Source: Piromyces finnis finn (lineage: Eukaryota; Fungi; Neocallimastigomycota). From it: 64,000 nt of DNA. Location: the NCBI GenBank assembly GCA_002104945.1, contig MCFH01000001.1:2480001-2544000 (forward strand), given 5' to 3'. Below, in pieces: positions 50,201-60,741 of this stretch; position 1 is the first letter of the stretch; each line of letters begins with the position of its first letter. Made by a program: the position numbers and the translations under genes. The notes beneath the pieces are model-generated. The model was given only the letters and a program-made list of their open reading frames with translations. It did not search any database and was not told the origin of the DNA.

Positions 50201-52095
50201 TCCTTATATTCTTCAAATTTTACTTGATAACTCATTGGAATCATCTTTGGATCATAATTCAACATTTCCAAAGTAAATAACCATTGACAATAATATTTAT
50301 AGGTTAACTCCATGGAAAGATGTTCACGTGGGAAATCTGGATAGATTGGTTCATAATTAGTTTTAAAATTAGTTAATTTTTGTAAGGCATTAACCATAGA
50401 TTGATAAAATTCTTCTATTTCATATGAATCATAAACAGCAACCTTTTTCATTAATGGAATGTCTAAGCAATAACCAAATAAGGTAATATTTTCATTTAAG
50501 GAAAGAGCAAAATTTAACTTTTGACGAATAACTTTTGTTTCCTTATTCACCAAAGTTTTTAAAGGTTTTAAAAAGGCCTCTGCATCATTTTCGTCTTCTT
50601 CTTCATCGTAAGAATCCAATAATTTACCATTTTCAAATTCAAAGTCTTTATCATTTATAGAAATAACACAATTTAAAAGGTTACATGACTTTACTGAAGC
50701 AGAAGAAAGAGCATCACTTTTTTGTAAAGCTTGATTCATATTTTTTTTATAAAGATCATCTAGATTTTCTCTACCATCATCCATAATACTGCAACGTCTA
50801 TTAATAAAGATAAAATTAAAAACCTTTTCTTTGGATACTTTTAATAAATCTTTGACGAGTTCTGGATATTCATTCATATAATTATCTGTATTTATTTTTT
50901 CACATAATCTTGCCCATATATCCTTATTCTTCACGAATTCTTCATAACGATTTTCACCTGAGCATTCATTTAATAATTTCATAATAAACTTTTCTTGATG
51001 GGCATCAGGGTAAATAAATTCTCTGTATTTTTTTAAATCAGAAGCAATATCAACATGGTCAGAAAAGGCTATTATTATAGTTAATATATTATCAAATGTT
51101 TTATCAATATGATTTAACCATGATAAATAAGTATCAAATGGAGGTTTTGTACCTCTGAAATGGCTTAAAACAATGCTAATAATATGACCTATGTTTTCTA
51201 TATTTTCTATTGGTTGTGGAATATAATTTACATAATCTGTGAAATGATAAGCAAATTGGTTAAGATCATTAATATCCTTTTTTGTAAAAGATTCTGTAGA
51301 TTGCATAATTCCAGTCATCAATTCACAAAATTCTTCTTCATCACCTAATGAGATGATTTTTAAAGTAGTTTCATTCTTTTCACCTTCATTAATTTCTTTT
51401 AAGAAATCAAAATCCCTTTGATTTTCGTTATTTTCTAAATACTTTTGATAGCTTTTTGGAATATTATCTTTAGAATTATAATCTGGAGAATGATCTAAAA
51501 TACTAAGCCAATGACAATAACTAGGGTATAAGTCATTGGAATTTATATGTTCTTTTGGGAAATTTTGAAAAACTGGAGTGTACTTTTTAGGTGCATCTTT
51601 ACCATTAATACTTGCAAGTAATACAATTAAATGATCACTAAAATTTTCAATATTTTTTTCATTATAAAAGGATACAACTTTTAAAAGTTCAGTATCCATA
51701 ATATAACCAAGACTAGCTAAATTCATATTAAGTGTAAGTGGTAAACATAACATTTCTCTTATTTCCTTTGTTTCTTTCTCTATCAATTCTTTAACAATAT
51801 TTATATTAGTATTGTTTATGATTTCTTCAGTTACTGTCACTAAATTTCCATTTTCAAATTCTAAATCACTTCCGTTAAAGCTTAATTCACAATGTAAAAG
51901 ATTACATTTTTTAACTTTAACAAAGTTTTTTAAAAAAGAATATTTTGTATCATTAGTGATTGTGTTATTAATATTATTTTCAAAATAAGTGTTTAAGTCT
52001 TCTTCCTTTTTTAAACTAAATTTATTGGATCTAGCAAGAAATATAGTGTTAATGGCTTTATCTCTATAATTATTGATATAATTATAATTTACCAT
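47266..52095 (-). CDS. Intronless 1609-aa protein resembling bacterial ter-associated TerD-domain proteins (MXAN_6230/SCO0854-like family, no RING seen), N-terminal module duplicated
   Basis: Motifs NDVLRLAL, KFKSFKNSERRIL, MWVRFCERVHP..YPDV, LLSQKPGIYMRHLD, IPFDLRNSSKSL..YTKGSRF, TYADIDIE..GRYIMV, FGWMER..EPFEPSTV, PIVLDC..REFIWLD. Family recognised from memory only. Confidence 0.65.
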   Translation of the reverse strand: MVNYNYINNYRDKAINTIFLARSNKFSLKKEEDLNTYFENNINNTITNDTKYSFLKNFVKVKKCNLLHCELSFNGSDLEFENGNLVTVTEEIINNTNINIVKELIEKETKEIREMLCLPLTLNMNLASLGYIMDTELLKVVSFYNEKNIENFSDHLIVLLASINGKDAPKKYTPVFQNFPKEHINSNDLYPSYCHWLSILDHSPDYNSKDNIPKSYQKYLENNENQRDFDFLKEINEGEKNETTLKIISLGDEEEFCELMTGIMQSTESFTKKDINDLNQFAYHFTDYVNYIPQPIENIENIGHIISIVLSHFRGTKPPFDTYLSWLNHIDKTFDNILTIIIAFSDHVDIASDLKKYREFIYPDAHQEKFIMKLLNECSGENRYEEFVKNKDIWARLCEKINTDNYMNEYPELVKDLLKVSKEKVFNFIFINRRCSIMDDGRENLDDLYKKNMNQALQKSDALSSASVKSCNLLNCVISINDKDFEFENGKLLDSYDEEEDENDAEAFLKPLKTLVNKETKVIRQKLNFALSLNENITLFGYCLDIPLMKKVAVYDSYEIEEFYQSMVNALQKLTNFKTNYEPIYPDFPREHLSMELTYKYYCQWLFTLEMLNYDPKMIPMSYQVKFEEYKDVEDVKKKLKDVSLKTLSISATDEFYKMMMKLMDSSEAVSKNDLADLHSFIKYEENRLNYIPETIKNKENLANVINKLLLYCMSEPPLEFIMPRFKVANDVLRLALVMSGHQASDLGKSVKFKSFKNSERRILMALLNHCDNRYEDILKYKNMWVRFCERVHPNKFKSCYPDVINDLQGHYSILGKPENKEIRVEYRFYQTLMELDDRFKEYKENVLKYIQEMRKKREEERIKELEQEKSKSVKNGDNSEGNSVRQRLNRMKNRRIENPNDTLNPDKLLTIAEHQNLLRKFNSIKNMPKEIKEYVHHYLMVIAGIAYTGNFIQSMNCQYIDNINCKQWDGWKEKYVIKKGYEEVHEELPDVLLEIYDSFIPPFNREIVKNRIKALEPSILQLRQQSNQYKSDRQTFSSKWVQLLKEKNIKKAIKLLSQKPGIYMRHLDELITKCENEEEVKEVKTFFERVAEKGSVKILLSMKAYFQKRNKAFRMRAFLIKGNNNNKTNKNGKKNSYRKVNTNIQSTIYYTDKVKTPLKEDLCQQIIHICDSALHIKFKDKPKLNGVYINPQLQKILIPFDLRNSSKSLENYTKGSRFELSFKNITQEEKEEMIKETEKALQEMKEKEMKIFSEKKKHEVDLLNLNSRIEKKTKEIELATTTTTATKKAKAEIKEMKKDLEKDIKIKLRCTKALNESTAKLSAIEKDLIILQKDLKDKKQCPTGVSYKNVRLFILGFSNMYLEVYDDDFNMKALITKNSDYDNNNKHDYNLFYGEKGGTTYADIDIEAVLAKQGRYIMVNIDAGCSTQFGWMERDFLHSNEPFEPSTVRQIIGLNYGGEACPIVLDCQTREFIWLDYSFVQSYYKQYIDSYHQYHRMMLHLKNNHNEPDDDYPEDTIKQITTKYEKYFAVNANVKKSVFAYYIDPIRISMADLIQLHVEARGGTCIEKEDDLKEEDTAFLPYTPYIKKEKVNYINCSHLETILSEYMK

Positions 52096-54007
52096 TTTTC
52101 CTTATTCACTCAAATTAATTTATACTTTTTTTTTAAAAAAAAAAAAAAAAAGAAAATAATTGAAAATAGAAAAAAAAATTGAAATTAATAAAATATTGGT
52201 ATTATTTATTAAATATTTATATAAAAATCAATTATAAATAAATGTAATGCAATTATATTTTACTATTTTAAATGAAAACAAAAATGTTAATTAAAAATAA
52301 TATATATTATGATGAAATTTGAATTATTACATTACTTACAAAAAAAATATTTCATTAAATATAATTTTCAATTATTTTATAAATTGGAATCTTGAATTCT
52401 TATTTTATGAATTGATATTGCAATATGCTTTTTTATATTTATATATATAAATTAAAATAGTAATAATAGTAATAGTAATATAATTTAATAAGTTTTTTTC
52501 ATAAATATATTAAAACATTTATTTCTAATGCATATCAAAATAAAATTTACCTCTTAAACTTGTAAATGTTTTGTTTTCCTTGTTTATGTAAAAATTTTAA
52601 AATTATAAAGTGAATTTTATTTTATTTATATACTAATGATGTAAATTCCATCAAACAAGCATTATCAAATTTTTAGTTAAAATAAAAATGAACTTATTTA
52701 GAGTATAAAAAAAATGAACTTTTTTTTTTTTTTAGTACTTTTTAATATATTATATATCTTTAAAATATATATATAGATATTAAAACTTTTTAATATTTTA
52801 ATTATTAAAAAGTATAATGGCTAAGTGTATTTACAAATTAATTAAATTTTAAATAGTTTACTAAATATTTTCTGTATAAATTTTTATCAATTTTTTTTTT
52901 TTACCATAATTCTTGATAAATTATACAATTATAAAATGAATTTAAATATTAATAAACTATAGTTGTAATATAAAAAGAATACTTTTCTTCCAATGTTTTA
53001 CAATAAAGCGTAATATATATAAATAATAGCAGTTTTAAAATGTCATTGTAGAAATAGTAATAATAAAAGTAGAAATAATCTTTTAAAAAAGTAAAAAACT
53101 TTTTTAATAAGAAATTATATTTTAATTTATTACAAAAAAAGATATATTAATGTAATATTAATGTAATTAAAAAATTTAAATAATTGAATATTAAAAAAAA
53201 AAAAAGTTTAAAATTCTATTTTCAAACTATAAAAATGGTATATCAAAGAAAGATAAAAATAAATAAATACACATTTACTTTTACTATTTGTATAAAGAAT
53301 TTTAATTTTTAAGTGAATTCTCTACCTATTATTTAATAAAAAGTTGAATATAAAATACTAAAAATAATTTCTTAAATTAATATTTTCTTATTTAATCCAA
53401 TTAAATATAATATTTCATTCTATTTTATTATGATAGTAAAGATTTAAAGTGTTTTTTTTTTTTTTCCCTCAATTTAAACAAGTTAATTAATAATAATATA
53501 TCACTATTTATTATTTAGTTATACAAGTATAAAATAATAATATTTTATTATGAATTAATTTGTTTATTCGATGTATCTACAAAATTTTCATAAAAATAGA
53601 AAAATGAAAATTATTCAATGTTTGTTGATTAAAACCTTAATAACAATATATATCCTAGATTTTTAGAAGTATTGTAACGGCGGTAATTTTTTAAAGGGTT
53701 AATCTCTTATTAAAAATAATATTCAAAAATAGTTTTAATAATATTCTTAGCATCAAATGTCAAAATATTTAGTTTATTAAAATAAAACTAGTCTCTTTTT
53801 TTTAATGAAATTCTTTATTAAATTGTTAATATTAGTATATATTATTTATTTTACTATTTTTCATTGTAAAAATAATAAAACTTTTTATTATTGAATTAAT
53901 GATGGAATGAATGAAAAAATTAAATATTAAATCAAGTTTATTATTTATTAGTAAAGAAATTAAGCTATTAATAATAATAGTTTTTTTTTTTTTTAAAAAA
54001 ATGGTCC

Positions 54008-54116
54008 ACTTTAAAATTATAATTTTTTTACTTATATTAGTTAAATAAAAAAAAAACTAGGTGAAGTGACCATTTTTATTTAACTAGTATAAGTAAAAAG
54101 ATTATAATTTTAAAGT
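54008..54116. repeat. 44-bp inverted repeat (hairpin) in intergenic DNA
   Basis: 54008-54051 vs 54073-54116: 42/44 complementary; both mismatches are T:G. Confidence 0.85.
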
Positions 54117-55324
54117 AATCATCCTCAAGAAAAAGGAGAAATTTTGTACATCCAAATAAATAAATAAAAAGGACCATAATTCTTAATGATACAAAATTAA
54201 AATGTTTTTTTTTAAAGTAATGTTTATATTAAAAAAAATCGATAGTCTTTTTTTATTTCTAAAATATAAAATTAAAAAATAAATGGAAATTAAATTTCCA
54301 TTTTTATTATATTCATCTAAAAAAAAAAAAGGTAATTTATTATTTAATTGAAAAATATTAAAGTATTTATTTATTCCTTTTATACCTATATATACATTTT
54401 CTATTTATTTATAAGAATAAAAGCATTGTTATATTTTTTTTTACATCTTTTTTATCAATAAACAAGAAAAGATAATAATCTTTTTATTACCATTACTTTT
54501 AAAATATTTAAATAATCCAAAAGTTTAGAAATATTATGATTATATAAATCATACTTTGTCTCAATAAATGTATTCCAATGACTCATTCATTTTTTCTATT
54601 TAATTTATGATAATAGTAAATTAATTTCTTTTGTGTAATAAAGTTCCCAAGAATGGTCTAGGTTAAATTATTATTATTTAAGCTTTTTAATATTAAAATC
54701 AAAAGATGAAATAAATTAAAACTAGATAATGTAAAGATTTATTTTATATATAAAAATGTATTTTATGTATTTTATAATTAATTTATATTATTTTCTTTTT
54801 TTATTAAAATATATTTTGTTTATTATTTTTAATGATTGACAAAGTACCTTTTCATTTTTTAATTAAAAATTTAATTTATATTTAATTTATAAAATCATTT
54901 TTTTAATTTATTAAATTAAAAATTAATATGTCAAAAACGTTATTCATAAATAAGAAAATTTAATTCCTAAAATTTTCCATATTTCTTTATAATAATTATT
55001 ATTTTTTTTGGTTATAAAATATTTTTAAATAACGATAATAATGATATTTTATTATTTAGAAAAAGGATTCAAAATATTGGAAGATGTCATAGTGATATTT
55101 CTAATATTACTATATAATATTATTATTTATTACTTTTAAACCAAGTATTAATAAGAATATGGAATAATAATAAAAGATTTTCATTTCCCAAGATTTTTTT
55201 TATTAAATAAAATATTTAATGATTCCCAACTCATATTTTTTTAATATATATTTTTATTATTATAATAATTAATTATAAATTTCATTAACATTATTCCTTA
55301 TGAAAATAATTTATAATAATAAAC

Positions 55325-55358
<34 letters not shown>

Positions 55359-55419
55359 TATATATTTTATAATAATTTTATAAGTAATACTACTATTATT
55401 AATGCTATTATTACTATTG

Positions 55420-55723
<304 letters not shown>

Positions 55724-56453
55724 GTTTATTATGTTTATTATGTTTATTTATTTATTTATATTACAAAAAAAATAAAAGTATTAAAAATAGATTAATTTGA
55801 AATAAAAAGAATATTAGAAATTTATTAATAATTTGAAGGATTATATTTTATTTAGGTTCTTTCAATCCATAAACTATAAAATATTTAATATAAAATATTT
55901 AATATAAATTTTAATTGTCAATCTTTTTATAATATTTATTCTCCTTAAAAAAAAAAAATAGCCCAAATGGAAAATATTAAAATGATTCCAGAAATAGAAA
56001 TTAATAAAAAATTAATAAAATAAAAAAAAATGATCAATGATTAAATATTACTATTAAATATTAAAAAATATTATTATTGAAATATAATTAAGATTTTTTT
56101 TTTTTTTTTTGAATATAAAATGATCCATATTTCCTATACTTTTTTTTTTCTTCATTATTGATTTCAATAATAAATAATCCTTAAATATTATTATATTTAA
56201 TATTTAAAATCTTAATCATCTATATTTAGGTAAATAATAAATATATTTTTATGAAATATTTTTAATACTATTTAAATATATTATACTAATGTCAATTTTA
56301 TATTAAATAAATAGATGCATTGTGACTTTTAAAGTCATTGAAATATATTATTGTACAGATTACTTTTATCCCTGTTATCTAAAAAAAAAATTTTTTTTAT
56401 TAAACTTTTTAAATAAATTTTTTTAAAAAAAAAGTTAAAAAGAAAAAAAAAAA

Positions 56454-58211
56454 ATGTTCAAGAATATTTTAAAGTTATTTGTTTTCTTCTCTATTTACAG
56501 TGCTGTTAAGGGAGATTCTCCTTTAATTAACAGTGATGCTGCCAAAGGTGTAACTCTTGACTACACCAAGGAAGGTGTTTTAAGAAAAGCTGATGAATGC
56601 TCTATTAACTTTGTTAATTATGGTATTAAAAATGATATTATTAACATTAGTGTTAAGAAAGAAAACAATACTGATGGTACTTTCAATTTAAGAATTGGTG
56701 AATTAAAGAATGGTAATGAAGGTCTTAACAAATACAAAACTGGTTATAAATTTACCGATGATGAAATTAAAGATTATGTAAAAATTAGTCAAAATAAGAG
56801 TGAAATTAAGGATTTCGTTGTAGCCTCTGTTGTTGATGGTAAATATTCCTTACTTGTTAAGAATTTAACTACTTGTGATGGTCTTACTGTTAAACAAACC
56901 TACAAAACTCCAGCTCTTATGGCTACTTATTTATACTACTCAAATGTTAAGCCAACCGATATTAATCATGCTTTTGATATTGCTCAATTCGGTCCATCCT
57001 CCAACAATGTTCCATACGATGAAATTCATTGGGATATGAACACTGGTTTAGATCGTGTCAGAGAACAATGTCGTATTTACATTAATTACAATGGTAGAGA
57101 AAAAACTGGTGGTAATCACTGGATTTGGTACCTTTCTACTGATAATATTAATGGAGAAAATTGTGATAACACTGCATTCTACAAAGCTGCCAAGAGTTCC
57201 TATGTTGATTATGAACAAATGGAAGAACTTTTCGGTGATTATTATGAAGGTTATGTTATTAAAAGAGAAGGATCTGATAATGGTCATATGGATGGTATTC
57301 TTGTTAACCAAAAGTATTTAATTGAAATCTATCAAAATGGTTGTAGTGAACAAAACAAGGATCAAGTTATTTGTACTATTTCCTCTAATAAGAAACTTTC
57401 TTACTCTGAATTCCGTAAGGAATTTATTGATAACTGTTTAAGTATTATTATTGATCAAGATGAAGAACCAGAATGGAAGATTAGTGCTTCTGATATTTCT
57501 GCTAAATTCAGCAGCTACTCTCTTGATATTGTCAACTATAATCGTGGTGCTTTACCAAAAACTGAAACTGAATCTGTTACCTACAAGGAATTCAAGGCTG
57601 CTAATTCTAGTGGTATTGCTCGTTTCAGTGTTAACTTAAACTGTGGTGCCGGTTCATTTATTGGTGAAAAATGTAGATGTAATGCTTGTCCAGTTAACTG
57701 TGCTACCTGTCTTGACGGTAACACTTGTACCAAGTGTAAGGAAGGTAGTATTTTAATTGATGGTCAATGTGTTTGTGAAAGAGGTTTCATTGAAAATGAA
57801 GAAGGTGTTTGTACTCCTGAACCAACTACTACTACCGAAGAACCAATTGCTGAACCAACTACTACTGAAATTCCAGAAGAAGAAGAAGAAGAAACTATCA
57901 TTGAAATTATAGAAACTATCACTAGTCAATCTGATCTTCCAACTGAAGAAGTTGATATTACTTCTGATGGTGAAACTGTCCTTGATATTCAAAGTGATGA
58001 TGAAGTCAAGGAAATTATTGAATCTGAAGATGAAGTTATGGTAGAAGACAACAATAATGATGAAGAAGTTGTCAAGGTTGAAGATAATGAAGAAGAAATT
58101 ATTGAACCAACATCTAGAGTCATTACTAAAACTAAAACTGTTGTAATTAAGAAACCAGTTGAACCAAAAACGAAAAAGGTTCACAAATGTTTTGTTAAAA
58201 AACACCATTAA
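56454..58211 (+). CDS. Secreted 585-aa protein: unrecognised ~375-aa N-terminal domain, furin/growth-factor-receptor-like Cys-rich repeat, Thr/acidic stalk, basic Cys-containing C-terminus
   Basis: Signal peptide MFKNILKLFVFFSIYSAVKG; CNACPVNCATCLDGNTCTKCKEG..CVCERGF; ends KVHKCFVKKHH; host-like codon bias. Confidence 0.8.
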   Translation: MFKNILKLFVFFSIYSAVKGDSPLINSDAAKGVTLDYTKEGVLRKADECSINFVNYGIKNDIINISVKKENNTDGTFNLRIGELKNGNEGLNKYKTGYKFTDDEIKDYVKISQNKSEIKDFVVASVVDGKYSLLVKNLTTCDGLTVKQTYKTPALMATYLYYSNVKPTDINHAFDIAQFGPSSNNVPYDEIHWDMNTGLDRVREQCRIYINYNGREKTGGNHWIWYLSTDNINGENCDNTAFYKAAKSSYVDYEQMEELFGDYYEGYVIKREGSDNGHMDGILVNQKYLIEIYQNGCSEQNKDQVICTISSNKKLSYSEFRKEFIDNCLSIIIDQDEEPEWKISASDISAKFSSYSLDIVNYNRGALPKTETESVTYKEFKAANSSGIARFSVNLNCGAGSFIGEKCRCNACPVNCATCLDGNTCTKCKEGSILIDGQCVCERGFIENEEGVCTPEPTTTTEEPIAEPTTTEIPEEEEEETIIEIIETITSQSDLPTEEVDITSDGETVLDIQSDDEVKEIIESEDEVMVEDNNNDEEVVKVEDNEEEIIEPTSRVITKTKTVVIKKPVEPKTKKVHKCFVKKHH

Positions 58212-59727
58212 ATAAAATAGAAAAAAAAAAGTAATATTTTTTAATATTATTAAAAAACTATAAAATGAAATTAAAAAATCAAAAAAAGTAAAATATCAAT
58301 ATTAATAGATTATAAAAAAAAATATACAAAAAAGTAGAATTATTGTCACTAATAGAACAATAATATTCTAAATATATATATATACTATAAAATGTAAATA
58401 CTATTAAAATATCAAAAAAATACAATTTCAATTTAAAGAATTGAAAATATAGAAAAAAAAAAAGATAATTTTTATATAGAATTGAAATCATATTCCTTAT
58501 TTTTCTATAAAGAAAAATAGAATGATTTAAAAATAGAGAAAAAAAAGGTTTTTTTTTAAATAATATAAAAAAAAACTAAAATAGTTTTAATTGAAATATA
58601 CTAAAAAAAAACTTTTTTCTTCATCAATAGAATAATAAAAATTATCTTTTTTATATTTATAACCAACAATACTTTAAAAAAAAAAAAAAAGTATTATAAA
58701 ACAATATTATAAAATATTAATATAAAAATATTATTATAAAATTAAAAATATATATTATTAAATAAATATTTTAAAAAAAATAGCTAAAAAGCAAAAACAA
58801 AAAAAAAAATAATAAATCAAAATATAATGATTAATTTTTTTTATAGTAAAATAAGTACCCTTTTCTTACATATAATTAAAATACATGATGTCCTTTTTTA
58901 TTATTATTTTTTTCTTTTTATTTTAATATATAATTCATGATAAAACATCATCTTTTATTTTAGATACTCATGTTTTAATACCATATTTATTTTAATTTCA
59001 ACCATTATCCTTCCAATAATCTAATACTAATAATAGCCTCTTTTCTTTAAAAAAAAAGTAAATAAAAAATTATGGTAAAAACTCTTTTTTTTTTTCTTTT
59101 TTATTAAATAATATATTTTATACTATTTTTTAACTTTTTACATATTATATTAAATTTTTATTATATAGACATAAATATATATCTATATAATAATGTTAGA
59201 ATGGGATATATTTATAGTATTATTATTTCTTGTTTGTTTGTTTTTTTTTTAATTGGTATTATATTAATGTATTATTACTAAAAAAAAGAATTTTGTTTTT
59301 ATATTTTTATTTTATTATTAGTTTTTTTTTATTTCTTTTGTTAAATAATTAATATATATAGGAATTAAAATATTATTAAAAGTCTATAAAGGAATAAAAT
59401 TCTTCAATTTTACCTATTATTCATTTTCAAAAAACAGAATAATAAATAAATAAATCGAAGAGTATTAATGAATTTTCAATATTAGATGAATCATTATTTA
59501 AATAAATATTATTTATAGATTATTTTATAATTATTTTAATTAGAAATAATTATAACGAACCTTAATATATTTAATATTTATTCATTCCCTCTCTATATAT
59601 AAATTTCATATATTTTATAAATTTTATATTTCCTTTTTCTTTAAGTATACGATGTCATGTAGAAAATGGGAAATCATTTTATAATAAACTAATAATTAAT
59701 CAATTTAACTTGTTCAGATGCTTCATC

Positions 59728-60741
59728 TTATTGTTCAGATGATTTTGATTTTTTAATATAGCAAGCTTGCTTTTCTTCAGTGGTATTTGGTTCATTAGTT
59801 TGGGTAGATGATTCTTTTTCATCTGCACTATCTTCTTCTTCATCTGCGCTATCAACTTCAACTTCAATTTCAACATCACTTTCAACTTCAATTGGAGCTT
59901 CATCGTCACTATCAACTTCAATTGGACTTTCTAAATCACTAACATCTTCAGTTGGTTCTTCACCTGGAACTGTAACTACTGTGGTAGTTTTAACAGCTTC
60001 AATAGTAGTAGTTGGTGGAAGTTTGCTAGTAGTAGTTGGTGGAGCCTTAGTAGTTGAGGCCTTAGTGGAAGTGGCTGGTGGTGGAAGCTTACTAGTAGTG
60101 GTTGGTGGAGCCTTAGTGGTTGAGGCTATAGTAGAAGTAATGGCTGGTGTAGTTTTAGTAGTTGAAGCTTCAGCAGAAGTAGTAGCTGGTGGTGGAAGCT
60201 TACTAGTAGTGGTTGGTGGAGCCTTAGTGGTTGAGGATTTAGCAGAAGTAGTAGCTGGTGGTGGAAGCTTACTAGTAGTGGTTGGTGGAGCCTTAGTGGT
60301 TGAGGATTTAGCAGAAGTAGTAGCTGGTGGTGGAAGCTTACTAGTAGTGGTTGGTGGAGCCTTAGTGGTTGAGGATTTAGCAGAAGTAGTAGCTGGTGGT
60401 GGAAGCTTACTAGTAGTGGTTGGTGGAGCCTTAGTGGTTGAGGATTTAGCAGAAGTAGTAGCTGGTGGTGGAAGCTTACTAGTAGTGGTTGGTGGAGCCT
60501 TGGTGGTTGAGGCTTTAGCAGAAGTAGTAGCTGGTGGTGGAAGCTTACTAGTAGTGGTTGGTGGAGCCTTAGTGATTGAGGCTATAGTAGATATAGTAGC
60601 TGTACTTGGTGGAACCTTAGCACTTGTACTTGGTGGAGCTTTTGTAGCTTTAGTGGTAACTTCAACTGGAATTGGAGTTGCCATTGCTGACATGGCAAAA
60701 GCAATAAAAGCTACAACAACACTTAAATTTTTAAATTGCAT
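59728..60741 (-). CDS. Secreted mucin-like Thr/Pro-rich protein with 23-aa tandem repeats and an acidic tail
   Basis: Signal peptide MQFKNLSVVVAFIAFAMSAMA; repeat SSTTKAPPTTTSKLPPPATTSAK; acidic segment, then KQACYIKKSK. Confidence 0.85.
   Translation of the reverse strand: MQFKNLSVVVAFIAFAMSAMATPIPVEVTTKATKAPPSTSAKVPPSTATISTIASITKAPPTTTSKLPPPATTSAKASTTKAPPTTTSKLPPPATTSAKSSTTKAPPTTTSKLPPPATTSAKSSTTKAPPTTTSKLPPPATTSAKSSTTKAPPTTTSKLPPPATTSAKSSTTKAPPTTTSKLPPPATTSAEASTTKTTPAITSTIASTTKAPPTTTSKLPPPATSTKASTTKAPPTTTSKLPPTTTIEAVKTTTVVTVPGEEPTEDVSDLESPIEVDSDDEAPIEVESDVEIEVEVDSADEEEDSADEKESSTQTNEPNTTEEKQACYIKKSKSSEQ
60010..60600 (-). repeat. 69-bp coding tandem repeat (about 5 near-perfect units plus degenerate flanking units)
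   Basis: Unit AGTAGCTGGTGGTGGAAGCTTACTAGTAGTGGTTGGTGGAGCCTTAGTGGTTGAGGATTTAGCAGAAGT repeats with a 69-bp period. Confidence 0.9.
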
